Shown: positions 29,436 to 40,129, counted from the stretch's first letter. The stretch is DNA of 64,000 nucleotides from Minisyncoccota bacterium (GCA_041663005.1 JBAZRK010000001.1:222734-286733), one strand, 5' to 3'. Translations and numbers: made by a program. Notes: generated from the sequence alone by a model not told the origin.

Positions 29436-30841
29436 TACTTACCTAGTTTAATACCAAGTTCTTTGAGCTGTTTGTCAGGAACTTCTGACGGAGAGCTCAT
29501 CATCAAATCTTTACCCTCGCCGTTTTTTGGAAAGGCCATTACTTCGCGAATGTTTGGTTCGTTTTCGAGAATCATCATCAAGCGGTCGAAGCCCCAGGCA
29601 ATTCCTCCGTGTGGAGGAGTCCCGGCTCGAAACGCTTCGAGCATATAAAATAAATTCTTTTCAACTTGTTCTTGAGGAACACCCATTATCTCATACACCG
29701 CGAGTAACGCTTCGGGCTTGTGATTCCTGATACTTCCCCCACCTATCTCATACCCGTTTAGCACAATGTCGTATTGGTTGGTTAAAATTTCGGCAATATT
29801 TTTTTTATTCAATAAATCTTCCGCGAATTGTGGCTGAGCAGCTGAAAAAGGATTGTGGGTAAATGTCCATTCACCCTCTGCCGTCGGGTTGTCGGAATTA
29901 TCTGTTCTTTCGAAGAAAGGAAAGTCTATCACCCAGCAAAACGCTAACAAATTTTTATCATCTTTGTCATTGCGTACGTCGGGTCGGTCGGTGCCGTATT
30001 TTTCCATAGCTTCCTTGTACGAAATTCTCGGAAATGGAATTTCTTGAATTTTCTTCTCCGGGTAGAGGTTCTGTACTATCTCGATTAAAAGCTTTTCGTT
30101 GAGCGCCATTACATCTTCCCTGTCCACGAAACTCATTTCCATATCAAGCTGAGTAAATTCCGGCTGTCTGTCCCCACGTAGGTCCTCATCGCGCATACAT
30201 TTCGCCATTTGAAAATATCTTTCCATTCCTGACGCCATAAATAGCTGTTTATATTGCTGTGGCGCTTGGGGTAATGCATAAAACTTACCTTGATCTAGGC
30301 GCGAAGGCACAATGAAATCCCGGGCCCCTTCTGCGGTGGATTTCGACAGTATCGGAGTTTCTATTTCTATAAAGTTTTCTTTGTCGAGGGCGTCCCGAAT
30401 AAACTTCACAACTTTATGTCGGTTGCGAATATTTTTCTGCATCCTGGCTCGGCGCAAATCCAAATATCTGTATTTCAATCTGTGTTCCTCGCCTATTTCG
30501 TAACCATCATTGGTAATATCAATGTTCGGAGTCTCCGCTTTGTTGAATACTTCGATGTTTGTAACTTCAATTTCAACACCTCCACCCTTTTCTGCATTTT
30601 TGTCATTGCGAGCTTTTACAATACCCGAAACTCCAACAACCCATTCTGGACGAATCTCTTTCGCTTGGAGAATTGCATCAGCATGCACAGGGAGGGTCAC
30701 GCATTGTACTTTCCCGCTCATATCTCGCATATCAAAAAATACCATCTTTCCCTGGTCTCGGCGGACATCCACCCAGCCGGCAATATTTATTTCTTGGCCT
30801 ATATTTTCCTTTAAATCCTTTATATAAATTCGATTTTTCAT
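29435..30841 (-). CDS. aspS: Aspartate--tRNA ligase, bacterial type but lacking the GAD insertion domain
   Basis: Class IIb motifs FTQLDMEMSF and GGGSIR. DFPFFE....HNPFS matches bacterial AspRS. The ~120-aa insertion between motifs 2 and 3 is absent. Confidence 0.75.
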   Translation of the reverse strand: MKNRIYIKDLKENIGQEINIAGWVDVRRDQGKMVFFDMRDMSGKVQCVTLPVHADAILQAKEIRPEWVVGVSGIVKARNDKNAEKGGGVEIEVTNIEVFNKAETPNIDITNDGYEIGEEHRLKYRYLDLRRARMQKNIRNRHKVVKFIRDALDKENFIEIETPILSKSTAEGARDFIVPSRLDQGKFYALPQAPQQYKQLFMASGMERYFQMAKCMRDEDLRGDRQPEFTQLDMEMSFVDREDVMALNEKLLIEIVQNLYPEKKIQEIPFPRISYKEAMEKYGTDRPDVRNDKDDKNLLAFCWVIDFPFFERTDNSDNPTAEGEWTFTHNPFSAAQPQFAEDLLNKKNIAEILTNQYDIVLNGYEIGGGSIRNHKPEALLAVYEIMGVPQEQVEKNLFYMLEAFRAGTPPHGGIAWGFDRLMMILENEPNIREVMAFPKNGEGKDLMMSSPSEVPDKQLKELGIKLGK

Positions 30842-30889
30842 ATCAAAAGAAGTTTAACATAAAACCGAAATAAAAACAGTGCGTTTGTT

Positions 30890-32392
30890 TTAAAATAATT
30901 TGTGGCCAGTCATACTTTCTGGCACAGGAATATCCATAAGCGTAAGCACCGTCGGGGCGACATCAGCCAGACTACCGCTATGCAATTCTAGCCCCTTCAG
31001 AGTGATAAGGGCCGGAACTTTAGAAAGCGTATGGGCTGTATGCATACTCCCCGTTGATTGCTCGACATTTATTTCCGCGTTGCCGTGGTCTGCGGTAATA
31101 ACCGCAACGCCACCTTGCTTCTCGAGTGTCCCTACTATTCTTTTTAGTTCGCGGTCAATAGTCTCTACTGCTTTTTTTGTGGCTGCGAAATCCGCCGTAT
31201 GCCCCACCATATCAGCGTTCGCAAAGTTAATGACGAGCAGGTCCGCACCGGCGTCAATACTTTTGATTGCGGCGTCGGCTATTTCTTTAGCCATCATTTC
31301 GGGAGCCTGGTTATGGGTTTTCACGTCTTTGCGGCTCTCAATTAATATATGTTCCTCTTTTGGATGCAATTCTTTACGCTCGCCGTTGAAAAAATATGTT
31401 ACGTGGGCATACTTTTCAGTTTCGGCGATGTGCACCTGGCTCCTTCCAGCACGCGCTACAGCTTCAGCCAAGGTATCTTCAATTTTTAATCTTGGAAACG
31501 CAACCAAACTCTCGAGGTCCGGAGCGTATTCGGTCATCGTCGTGAGCAGAACGTTCTGTTCTTTAGCTTTTTCATTTATTTTATAGCAAAGCTGGCGGGT
31601 ACGGTCGTTTCGAAAATTAAAAAAGAATATGCCATCATTTTTTTCAACTTTGTAAACTTTGCCGGAAGAATCCGGGAAAATAAGCGGCTCCAAATGCTCG
31701 TCCTGAATTCCGCTTTCATACTTTTCGAGCAAAGCTTCGGAAGGTTTCTTGCCTTTTTGATTTTCCCCCTGACTTACGAAAACTGCGGCAAGCACAACTT
31801 CAGTCCTGTCCCAATTTTTGTCGCGGTCCATAGCGTAGTAACGCCCAGATATTGAGGCAATGTGTCCAGTACCCAATTCTTCTAATAAATTTTCAAGATT
31901 TGCCAGAAATTCTCCTCCTGATTGTGGCGGGCTGTCACGGCCATCAGTGAAAGCGTGAATAATAATTTTCTGCACCCCTTCTCTTTTTGCCAATTTTAAA
32001 AATTCGTGGAGATGTTCTTGATGACTATGAACTCCTATGGGGCTCAAAAGTCCCATAACGTGGAGTACCGATTTGTGGTCTTTAACGTGCTTGAAAAGTT
32101 TATGAAAAGCGTCCACTTTAGCATAGTCAGTACTCGAAATCGCCTTGCCTATACGAACAAGGTCGGTAGCGATGATACGGCCCGCCCCTATGGTCATATG
32201 TCCCACCTCGCTGTTCCCTATTACCCCAGGCAGGAGACCGACGTGTTCCCCGCTCGCCTCAAGAAGTGTATGCGGGAAATTTTTCCACAAGTAATCAAAA
32301 AATGGCGTACTAGCTGACGCAATGGCGTTATGCTCTTTTGCCTCTCGATAGCCCCAACCATCCAAAATTATCAAGGCAATGCGCTTTTTCAT
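30890..32392 (-). CDS. gpmI: 2,3-bisphosphoglycerate-independent phosphoglycerate mutase
   Basis: ILDGWGYRE ... GNSEVGHMTIGAGR N-terminus. Confidence 0.9.
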   Translation of the reverse strand: MKKRIALIILDGWGYREAKEHNAIASASTPFFDYLWKNFPHTLLEASGEHVGLLPGVIGNSEVGHMTIGAGRIIATDLVRIGKAISSTDYAKVDAFHKLFKHVKDHKSVLHVMGLLSPIGVHSHQEHLHEFLKLAKREGVQKIIIHAFTDGRDSPPQSGGEFLANLENLLEELGTGHIASISGRYYAMDRDKNWDRTEVVLAAVFVSQGENQKGKKPSEALLEKYESGIQDEHLEPLIFPDSSGKVYKVEKNDGIFFFNFRNDRTRQLCYKINEKAKEQNVLLTTMTEYAPDLESLVAFPRLKIEDTLAEAVARAGRSQVHIAETEKYAHVTYFFNGERKELHPKEEHILIESRKDVKTHNQAPEMMAKEIADAAIKSIDAGADLLVINFANADMVGHTADFAATKKAVETIDRELKRIVGTLEKQGGVAVITADHGNAEINVEQSTGSMHTAHTLSKVPALITLKGLELHSGSLADVAPTVLTLMDIPVPESMTGHKLF

Positions 32393-32416
32393 TTGATATT
32401 TAAATATTCGGGAAAT

Positions 32417-33436
32417 TTAAGCTCCCGTATGCCAGAGCTCTGTGACCGACGCACCGTTATGTAAATTGTCTATTATCATTGCCAGAAGTTTACCTGTATG
32501 TATAACTTCTAAATTCTTAATAGCTTTTCGGTCAGTTTCACGCAAGCATGTGTCACCAAACCAAATGCCTTTAAAGGGCGCTTCATTTAAATTTTTCACC
32601 GCGTCGCCCGAGAGAACCGCGTGGGTCGCCGTGAAATATACGTCTTTTGCACCGTTAGCCTTAAGCGCATGCAAGGCTTTGATTGCCGTGCCGCACGTGT
32701 CGGCCATATCGTCAGGAATAATACAATTGAAACCCTTGGCGTCTCCGATAACTTCCATCACTTCGGCGTAGTTGGTCTTCTTCGGATCACGAAATTTGTT
32801 TACAATAATGATATTTTCCGGAATACCCAGCTGTTGTGCGAGTTTGCGACAAGAAGGCGCCGCACCTAAATCGGGGGCGACAATTTTGAAAGTTTTTAAA
32901 TCAAATTTCTTTGCCTTAATGTGCTTAATTAACAAATCATTGACGTTCACGTCCACTACCGGAATAGTAAGCGGATGGGCGTTGTAGCTCGAAGGATTGT
33001 GAAGACGCAAAACCACTAATCGGTTCGCGCCGGCCATTTGCATCCTCATTGGAACTTTCTGAACCAGAACAGGCTCGCGGTGATTGGAAGGTTTGTCCTG
33101 ACGAGCGTAGGGCAAGGACGGCATTACTACGGTAATTCTGGAAGGCTCTCCTTGGCGCAAAGCAAAGACCATTGATTCACATTCATCGATGTCGAAGGCT
33201 AGCTCTTCTTTTGAGTCGAACCTGGGTTGCAAAATAATGTAAACATCTCGATCTCGCACCGACTCAGTGTGGTGAACTATGAATTCCCCATTTTGAAATA
33301 CTTTGTAGTTGGAAGGCGCAAGCTTGGTTTTCAAAAGCTTAGCCACCTCTTTAGCGAGGGCTTGGTTAGTACCGCTGGCAGAGCCATATAGCTTAAGCGG
33401 ATAAGGGTTTAAATTGATTTGTGTGGCCGGCGCCAT
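32417..33436 (-). CDS. prs: Ribose-phosphate pyrophosphokinase-family protein
   Basis: PYARQDK and DDMADTCGT PRPP-binding regions. Confidence 0.7.
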   Translation of the reverse strand: MAPATQINLNPYPLKLYGSASGTNQALAKEVAKLLKTKLAPSNYKVFQNGEFIVHHTESVRDRDVYIILQPRFDSKEELAFDIDECESMVFALRQGEPSRITVVMPSLPYARQDKPSNHREPVLVQKVPMRMQMAGANRLVVLRLHNPSSYNAHPLTIPVVDVNVNDLLIKHIKAKKFDLKTFKIVAPDLGAAPSCRKLAQQLGIPENIIIVNKFRDPKKTNYAEVMEVIGDAKGFNCIIPDDMADTCGTAIKALHALKANGAKDVYFTATHAVLSGDAVKNLNEAPFKGIWFGDTCLRETDRKAIKNLEVIHTGKLLAMIIDNLHNGASVTELWHTGA

Positions 33437-33474
33437 GTTGCAAGTATTCTATCACAAAAAGTAAACTAGGCCAA

Positions 33475-35091
33475 CTAAGCTGATTGTGGCTTAGGAGCGG
33501 CTACTAGAATTTCCTCACTTATATTCGACTCATACATCTCGAAATTATTATTGAAGGCTCGCGCCAGCCTATCAAGTTCGGTGTCGTATGCAGCTTTATT
33601 CTCCCAGGTATTTCTGGGATTCATGATTTCTTTCGGAACATCTGGACAAGTTTTAGGAAATTTTAAATTAAAAACCGGTAAGGTGTCGTACTCTACATTG
33701 CTTAATTTATCATCTAGCGCCGCACGAATAATGGCGCGAGTGAAAGACAACTTTATTCTCTGTCCGGTACCATAAGCGCCTCCAGACCAACCTGTGTTAA
33801 CCAGCCAGACATTTATGTCGGTATGCTCTTTTAATTTCTTGCCCAACAATTCCGCGTAGCGAGCGGGATGCAGGGGCAAGAATGCTTTACCGAAACACGC
33901 TGAGAACACTAGCTCCGGCTCAACAACGCCCACTTCTGTACCGGCAACCTTGGCGGTATAGCCTGACAGAAAATGGTACATAGCTTGTCCAATATCAAGC
34001 TTAGAAATAGGTGGTAATACTCCACTCGCATCACAGGTAAGGAAAAAAATATTTTTCGGAATTCCGCCTTCGGAAATCTCGCGGGCACTTTGGATGTAAT
34101 GTATCGGGTAAGCGACGCGAGTATTTTCCGTCTTACTCACATCGGCAAAGTTAATTGTATCCGTGCCATCTAAAAACATTGCATTTTCAACGACTGCGCC
34201 GTCCTTGATTGCATTCCAAATTTGCGGTTCGTGTTCTTGTGAAAGATTGACGCATTTGGCATAGCATCCGCCCTCAAAATTGAAAACTCCTTTGTCTGAC
34301 CAGCCGTGCTCGTCGTCTCCTATTAATTCTCGTGAATGATCAGCAGAAAGTGTTGTTTTCCCAGTGCCCGAAAGACCGAAAAAGAGAGCTGTGTCGCCGT
34401 CTTTACCGACATTGGCGGAAGAGTGGATTGTTAGGACATTATGCTTTTTAGGCAAGACATAATTCAGCACCGAAAACACGCTTTTCTTTATCTCACCGGC
34501 ATATGCAGAACCACCGATTAAAATTATTTTCTTAGCAAAGTTTATAATTGTAAAATTGTGTTGCCTAGTTCCATCGATGAGTGGATCTGCCTTAAAAGTT
34601 GGGGCCGCCACAACCGACCAGTCTCCATCTTCGGTGTTAAGTACTTCTTCCTCAGACGGTCTCAAGAATAAATTATGTACAAACAAATCCTGCCACGGCG
34701 ATTCGGTAATTATTCTGACCTTCGTTCGACATTGCGGGTCTACGCAAACCTGCGCATCGCGCACAAAAATTTCACCTTTTGATAAATGGGCTGTGACGCG
34801 TTCATATAGAGATTCAAAAATATTTTCATCAAATTTATGATTGACATCACCCCACCATACCGAATCCCGGGTCGTCTCGTCATACACCACAAATTTGTCC
34901 TTAGGCGACCGGCCTTTGAATTCTCCGGTGTCCACGACTACCGCGCCGTTGTCGGCCACCCGCCCTTCGCCGCGCTTCACTGTTTTTTCTACTAGTTCCT
35001 CAGGTTTCAAATTCCAATGTGCCACTTCGGCGTTATGGAGTTTTAATTTTTTTAAATTCGCATTCTTTGCCTTCAGCCCGGTTTCTTTCAT
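33475..35091 (-). CDS. pckA: Phosphoenolpyruvate carboxykinase (ATP)
   Basis: GLSGTGKTTLS kinase-1a motif. 538 aa. Confidence 0.9.
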   Translation of the reverse strand: MKETGLKAKNANLKKLKLHNAEVAHWNLKPEELVEKTVKRGEGRVADNGAVVVDTGEFKGRSPKDKFVVYDETTRDSVWWGDVNHKFDENIFESLYERVTAHLSKGEIFVRDAQVCVDPQCRTKVRIITESPWQDLFVHNLFLRPSEEEVLNTEDGDWSVVAAPTFKADPLIDGTRQHNFTIINFAKKIILIGGSAYAGEIKKSVFSVLNYVLPKKHNVLTIHSSANVGKDGDTALFFGLSGTGKTTLSADHSRELIGDDEHGWSDKGVFNFEGGCYAKCVNLSQEHEPQIWNAIKDGAVVENAMFLDGTDTINFADVSKTENTRVAYPIHYIQSAREISEGGIPKNIFFLTCDASGVLPPISKLDIGQAMYHFLSGYTAKVAGTEVGVVEPELVFSACFGKAFLPLHPARYAELLGKKLKEHTDINVWLVNTGWSGGAYGTGQRIKLSFTRAIIRAALDDKLSNVEYDTLPVFNLKFPKTCPDVPKEIMNPRNTWENKAAYDTELDRLARAFNNNFEMYESNISEEILVAAPKPQSA

Positions 35092-36266
35092 ATTTTCTTT
35101 TTATAATTTTTAATAAATTTCGAAAGTACGTGGATGCCTTCGACTAGAACTTGCTCCCGCTCACCGAAGGAAAAACGCACATAACCCTCTTTGCCGAAGG
35201 CACTTCCCGGTACCGTAGCAACCCCACCTTTTTCTATAGCCAAAGTACAAAATTCCGCAGAGTTCTTACCTGCCCAGCCGAGAGATTTAAGTGAAACGAA
35301 GGCATACAGTCCCGCTTGGGGCGCAGAAATATTGGTCTTAAAAGTTTTATTAAATTCTGATACGAATACATCGCGACGCTTCTTCATTGCTTCGTTTACC
35401 TTACGGGTTATATTTGCAGCGTCTTTAAGCACTGGCAAGGCAGCGTACTGGCACATAGTAGTCGCCCCGCTCGTACTCTGGCTGGCAAGGCTCGAGAGCG
35501 TGTCCATAATTTCTTTATTAGTAAAAACGAATCCGAGCCTAAAGCCCGTCATGGCGAAGCTCTTGGAGCAACTTTCCACTATTGCTAAATTTTTAGGAAA
35601 TTTGCCAGGCAGAGCGCAAGATGCAAAAGATTTATTGTCGTAAACAAGTCCGCTGTAAACTTCATCGGAAATTACAAAGAGTCCCAGTTTCTCGGCAGCC
35701 GTCATAATGTCCGCAATTTCCTTCGAGCTATAGAGCGCCCCAGTCGGATTTCCGGCATTGTTTAAAATTAGTATTTTACTTTTTTTACTGAAACTTTTCT
35801 TAAGGTCTTCGGCGGTAATTTTCCAATCCGACTTTTCGCTTGTGTTTATTATTTTCGGCAACCCTTTGAAAAGTCGCACCATACCAGGGTACGACACCCA
35901 GCAAGGCGCCGGGATTAAAACTTCGTCTCCGGGGCGAAGCAGTGCCTGAAGCAAAATAAAGAGCCCGAACTTTCCCCCGCTCACCACCATCGCATTTTCT
36001 TTTTTAACATCCGAACCGTAGCGGCTATTCATCCAGCGCGCTGCCGCTTCGCGAAGTTCGCCAACACCAGCCACCGAAGGGTAATGCGTTTTTTCTTCTT
36101 TGAAAGCATTCACGAAAGCACGGGTTGCAACTTCGGGCGCAGGCACCATCGGCTCCCCGGCACTTAGATTGTAGATTTTTTCACCCGCACGTATTTTCTC
36201 GAGAGCAATTCCGTTAATCGCAATGGTAGCCGAGGGCGGAATTTTTAATAGATGCATTTTTTTCAT
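35088..36266 (-). CDS. Class I/II pyridoxal-phosphate aminotransferase (aspartate aminotransferase-like)
   Basis: SKSFAMTGFRLG lysine motif. Confidence 0.85.
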   Translation of the reverse strand: MKKMHLLKIPPSATIAINGIALEKIRAGEKIYNLSAGEPMVPAPEVATRAFVNAFKEEKTHYPSVAGVGELREAAARWMNSRYGSDVKKENAMVVSGGKFGLFILLQALLRPGDEVLIPAPCWVSYPGMVRLFKGLPKIINTSEKSDWKITAEDLKKSFSKKSKILILNNAGNPTGALYSSKEIADIMTAAEKLGLFVISDEVYSGLVYDNKSFASCALPGKFPKNLAIVESCSKSFAMTGFRLGFVFTNKEIMDTLSSLASQSTSGATTMCQYAALPVLKDAANITRKVNEAMKKRRDVFVSEFNKTFKTNISAPQAGLYAFVSLKSLGWAGKNSAEFCTLAIEKGGVATVPGSAFGKEGYVRFSFGEREQVLVEGIHVLSKFIKNYKKKI

Positions 36267-36332
36267 AAAAATTCTTGATTTGAGTATACCGAGCTCTTAA
36301 AAATTTTGCAATCAGGCAAGATAAAAAGGGGT

Positions 36333-36372
36333 CTTACGTCTCGATGATATGAGACTGCCCCTTAATTCTGTG
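36333..36372 (-). terminator. Putative terminator hairpin downstream of the GC-rich small ORF
   Basis: On the minus strand: ggggcagtctc ... gagac...cccc followed by ttttt. Confidence 0.3.
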
Positions 36373-36413
36373 ATGTGCTTGCCAATTACGCCGGCAGGCT
36401 TGGCGCAAAGAAC

Positions 36414-36656
36414 CTAGATCGGATTGCTTACGCGTCCACAGCGTGCATGCCGCATCGTGCCGTCGCGGTAGCGGCGCATAACACGGTTGCCGCGCCACCC
36501 GGGAACATAACGCTCATTTGCTTCGAACCCCGGGAACCCCCCGACGATTTCCCCGTGGAAACCATCAGGCTCGTCGAAAGCACTGCACCCGCACGAGAGA
36601 TCTGTGCTTGACGAGAGCTCTACAACTTGCCACTTGTTCCATCTGTGTTTAGCCAT
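36414..36656 (-). CDS. GC-rich small hypothetical protein (80 aa). Possibly foreign.
   Basis: SD aaggag 8 nt before the ATG, and a downstream hairpin plus T-run. GC is far above the window background. An antisense + ORF (36375..36611) is the alternative reading. Confidence 0.35.
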   Translation of the reverse strand: MAKHRWNKWQVVELSSSTDLSCGCSAFDEPDGFHGEIVGGFPGFEANERYVPGWRGNRVMRRYRDGTMRHARCGRVSNPI

Positions 36657-36807
36657 GCGCGCGTCTCCTTTTATTGAGATTTACTCCAAATGAACAATTT
36701 CATTTGTTAAAGATCAATGTCCGTGTAAAAGCAGAACCCAACCCTTCGCGAGTTATGGATGTTAAGGTAATTCCCATACCCTTCCTCTTGCACGCGCAAA
36801 AGGAAAA

Positions 36808-36838
36808 ACCGGCTTCGATTGCTCGAGAGCCGGTTTTT
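36808..36838. terminator. Bidirectional terminator hairpin downstream of the transaldolase gene
   Basis: aaaaa ccggct tcgattgctcgag agccgg ttttt. Confidence 0.5.
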
Positions 36839-36992
36839 AGGTTGTAAGTTTCTTTTTAGTGTTTACAGCGCAAAAATCAGCTCTCGAGCTTTGGTAAAGC
36901 TAAAAAAGAAAAAGCTGTTAATTTGTGCACTGTTTTTAATCACTAAAATATTATAGCCCATATTTACAATAACGCAATACCCCTGTGGAAAA

Positions 36993-37649
36993 CTACTTAT
37001 TTCCCTTTTTGTAGTCTGCTAAAAATTTCTCAAGTCCGGCATCGGTTAGTGGATGCTTGACCAAGTCGAGAATAGATTTAAGTGGGCTCGTAATAACGTC
37101 CGCGCCGAGAGCTGCGCATTGCTCTATGTGTGAAGTGCTTCTAATTGATGCTGCAAGAACTTGGGTCTTATAATTATAATTTTTAAAAATTTTCACAATC
37201 TGTTCAATGAGAAGAACACCACTCTCTCCAATGTCATCCAATCGTCCGATAAAAGGCGACACGTAAGTGGCTCCCGCCTTGGCCGCAAGCAATGCCTGTC
37301 CTGCACTAAAAACCAGTGTGCAGTTTGTTTTTATTCCTCTGTCAGAAAGATATTTTATGGCTTTTATACCCTCTTTTATCATAGGAATCTTGACCACGAT
37401 ATTCTTATTAAGTTTCGCAAGCTCTCTGCCCTCGCGAATCATACCCTCGAAATCAGTTGCGATAACTTCTGCGCTAACATCCCCCTCTACAATTTTAGAA
37501 ATTTCCAGATAGTGTTTCTTTATGTTTTCAGTGCCGGCGATACCTTCTCTAGCCATCAGGCTCGGGTTCGTAGTCACGCCGTCTAAAATCCCCAAATCAT
37601 TCGCTTCCTTAATTTCGGCAATGTTGGCTGTATCAATAAAAAATTTCAT
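36993..37649 (-). CDS. tal: Transaldolase (Fsa/TalC short type)
   Basis: [13 protein letters not shown]...TTNPS. Confidence 0.85.
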   Translation of the reverse strand: MKFFIDTANIAEIKEANDLGILDGVTTNPSLMAREGIAGTENIKKHYLEISKIVEGDVSAEVIATDFEGMIREGRELAKLNKNIVVKIPMIKEGIKAIKYLSDRGIKTNCTLVFSAGQALLAAKAGATYVSPFIGRLDDIGESGVLLIEQIVKIFKNYNYKTQVLAASIRSTSHIEQCAALGADVITSPLKSILDLVKHPLTDAGLEKFLADYKKGNK

Positions 37650-37658
37650 ATATTTGAA

Positions 37659-38609
37659 TTAGTACACATTAACGCCAATTTTCTCCCGCACTTCGTGCAT
37701 CTTGGCGGCAGCAATTTTCTTCGCTTCTTCACCTCCTTTCTTCAAAATTGCCAGAGCTGCGGGTATATCCTTTGCCAATTCTTTCCTTCGTTCACGAAGA
37801 GGCGCGATAAATTTCTCTAAGTCTTCGACTAGAAGCTCCTTCAACTCTTTGTACTTGCCAGCCTTTTCTTCGTAAATTTTTTTAAGTTCGTCCTCGGAAC
37901 GAACGAGCTTGTGGATGGCAAATACGTTCGCAGGAATACCACCTCCGGAATCCGTAACTATAGCCATTACCGCTTTTTTAATTTCTTCGTACTCGGCAAA
38001 AAGTGGAATTGTATTACCGTAGCTCTTGCTCATTTTCCTTCCATCAGTGCCTGGCACCACGGCCACATTCTTTTTAATGAACGGCTCTGGTAACTTAAAC
38101 GTTTCGCCGTAAGTGTTGTTGAACTTCATAGCAATGTCGCGGCAAATTTCCACGTGTTGTTTTTGGTCAGCGCCCACCGGCACCAAGTCAGGACTGTAAA
38201 GCAAAATGTCTGTTGCCATAAGCACAGGATAGTTAAATGTTCCCACATCTATTTCTTTATTCTTTGCTTCTGCGTCCTTGAAGGCGTGCGCCCTCATAAG
38301 GTACGGCATCGTCGTAATCGTGTCGAAAATCCAAGTGAGCTCGGTGTGCTCGCTGACGTCGCTTTGTTTAAAAATTGTAACTTTCTTTGGATCAAGACCA
38401 ATAGCCAAGAAATCTAGAAGAACAGCCACGATGTTTTCTTGCATTTCCTTGGCATTTCGAAGCGAGTGCAGGGCATGGTAGTCAACAATTATAATAAATC
38501 CTCCATATTCGCCTTGCAGCTCAACGAACTGCTTCATAGCCCCGAAATAATTTCCAATATGGGGCTTCCCTGAGGGCTGGACGCCCGATAAAAATACCTT
38601 TTTTGACAT
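37659..38609 (-). CDS. trpS: Tryptophan--tRNA ligase
   Basis: SGVQPSGKPHIGNY and KMSKS. Confidence 0.9.
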   Translation of the reverse strand: MSKKVFLSGVQPSGKPHIGNYFGAMKQFVELQGEYGGFIIIVDYHALHSLRNAKEMQENIVAVLLDFLAIGLDPKKVTIFKQSDVSEHTELTWIFDTITTMPYLMRAHAFKDAEAKNKEIDVGTFNYPVLMATDILLYSPDLVPVGADQKQHVEICRDIAMKFNNTYGETFKLPEPFIKKNVAVVPGTDGRKMSKSYGNTIPLFAEYEEIKKAVMAIVTDSGGGIPANVFAIHKLVRSEDELKKIYEEKAGKYKELKELLVEDLEKFIAPLRERRKELAKDIPAALAILKKGGEEAKKIAAAKMHEVREKIGVNVY

Positions 38610-38701
38610 ATATAAATATTATCATAGTTCTCCCCATTTTAATAACACCCTTACGCACTCATCCCCCTTTCCTAATGCGGCACCCGTGCTAGAATAACCC
38701 G

Positions 38702-40111
38702 GTGACTCAAAACACCCCCAATCGTAATACTCGAAAAACAAATGTCCGCATCCCACCCCAGAGCATACCCTCAGAACAAGCGGTACTAGGTTCGCTTATG
38801 CTCCGCAAGGACGCCGTACACGAAGTCGAGGATATGATAACTCCCGATTCTTTCTATGTAGACAAGCATAAAATGATTTTCCGGGCGATGCTTGATCTTG
38901 CGGCGAAAAATGAGCCAATAGATATGCTTTCTCTTTCAACTAAACTTAGTGAACAAAAGCTTCTGAACGCTGTCGGCGGCAACAAATACCTCGCCGAAAT
39001 TGTAAACATCGTTCCTTCTTCACACAACGTCAAGCACTATGCAGACATTGTCCAAAAGAAATATGTGCTAAGAAGTTTGATTGAAGCTGCCGACTATGTT
39101 TCTGAGCTAGCGTTCGAAGAAGGCGACGATAAAATGGACGATATCCTAGACGCCGCAGAGAAAAGAATTTTCAGTGTTGTTTCATCTCCGAAAAACCAGA
39201 AATTCGTCAACTTGAAAGACGCTCTCCCTGAAGCTTACGAGCGCCTCGAAAAACTTCACGAGAACCGCGGAATGCTTCGAGGGCTTCCAACTGGATTTAA
39301 AGATTTGGATAATATGCTCTCCGGACTTCAAAATTCCGATTTGATTATTCTTGCCGCTCGTCCTTCCATGGGTAAGACTACGCTCGCCCTCGATATGGCA
39401 CGTATGTCCGGCGTACTTCATGGTAAATCCGTTTTAATTTTCTCACTCGAAATGTCCTCACAGCAACTAGTAGACCGTATGCTCTCCGCAGAATCCCGCG
39501 TGAATGCCTGGAATCTCCGTACTGGCAGACTTTCGTCGGACCGAGAATTCTCACAACTCCGCGACTCGCTCGACAAGCTCGCCAAGGCGCAAATTTTCAT
39601 AGATGACCAGCCGGGTAATTCTATCGTCAGAATGAAAGCGCTGGCTCGCCGCCTCAAAGCTGAAAAAGGTCTAGATTTAATTGTCGTCGACTACTTGCAA
39701 CTTATGACCACTTCTAAAAATTACGACTCAATGGTGAACCAGGTGACGGAAATTTCTCGTTCGCTCAAAAGCCTCGCCAAGGAACTCGACGTGCCGGTTT
39801 TGGCGCTCTCCCAGCTCTCACGTGCCGTAGAATCCCGTGGCGGTAAGCCTCGCCTCTCAGACTTGCGCGACTCCGGCTCTATCGAACAGGACGCCGATGT
39901 CGTTATGTTTATCCACCGAGAAGATAAGGGTAAGGACGAATCTGAGAAAACAAACATAGCGGAAATTCTAATTGAAAAACATCGAAATGGCCCTACTGGC
40001 AAAGTCGACCTTTACTTCGACGAGAAGACCACCACTTTCCTCAACTTGGAAAAGAGCAGCCTCTCGGACTTCGCCCCTTCGAAAATTGGCGGTGAACTGG
40101 ACGAGTTTTAA
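38702..40111 (+). CDS. dnaB: Replicative DNA helicase
   Basis: DnaB N-terminal domain plus RecA-like Walker A GKTTLAL. Confidence 0.9.
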   Translation: MTQNTPNRNTRKTNVRIPPQSIPSEQAVLGSLMLRKDAVHEVEDMITPDSFYVDKHKMIFRAMLDLAAKNEPIDMLSLSTKLSEQKLLNAVGGNKYLAEIVNIVPSSHNVKHYADIVQKKYVLRSLIEAADYVSELAFEEGDDKMDDILDAAEKRIFSVVSSPKNQKFVNLKDALPEAYERLEKLHENRGMLRGLPTGFKDLDNMLSGLQNSDLIILAARPSMGKTTLALDMARMSGVLHGKSVLIFSLEMSSQQLVDRMLSAESRVNAWNLRTGRLSSDREFSQLRDSLDKLAKAQIFIDDQPGNSIVRMKALARRLKAEKGLDLIVVDYLQLMTTSKNYDSMVNQVTEISRSLKSLAKELDVPVLALSQLSRAVESRGGKPRLSDLRDSGSIEQDADVVMFIHREDKGKDESEKTNIAEILIEKHRNGPTGKVDLYFDEKTTTFLNLEKSSLSDFAPSKIGGELDEF

Positions 40112-40129
40112 ATATGGTAAAATAACCGA

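Noticed and set aside
36330-36660. GC-rich segment as a structured housekeeping RNA (tmRNA, RNase P RNA, SRP RNA, 6S)
   Set aside because: I could not find the conserved tmRNA 5'/3' tRNA-like ends, the RNase P P4 sequences or the SRP domain IV motif by eye. An SD-preceded ORF plus terminator explains it at least as well. It is kept only as an open alternative in the findings.
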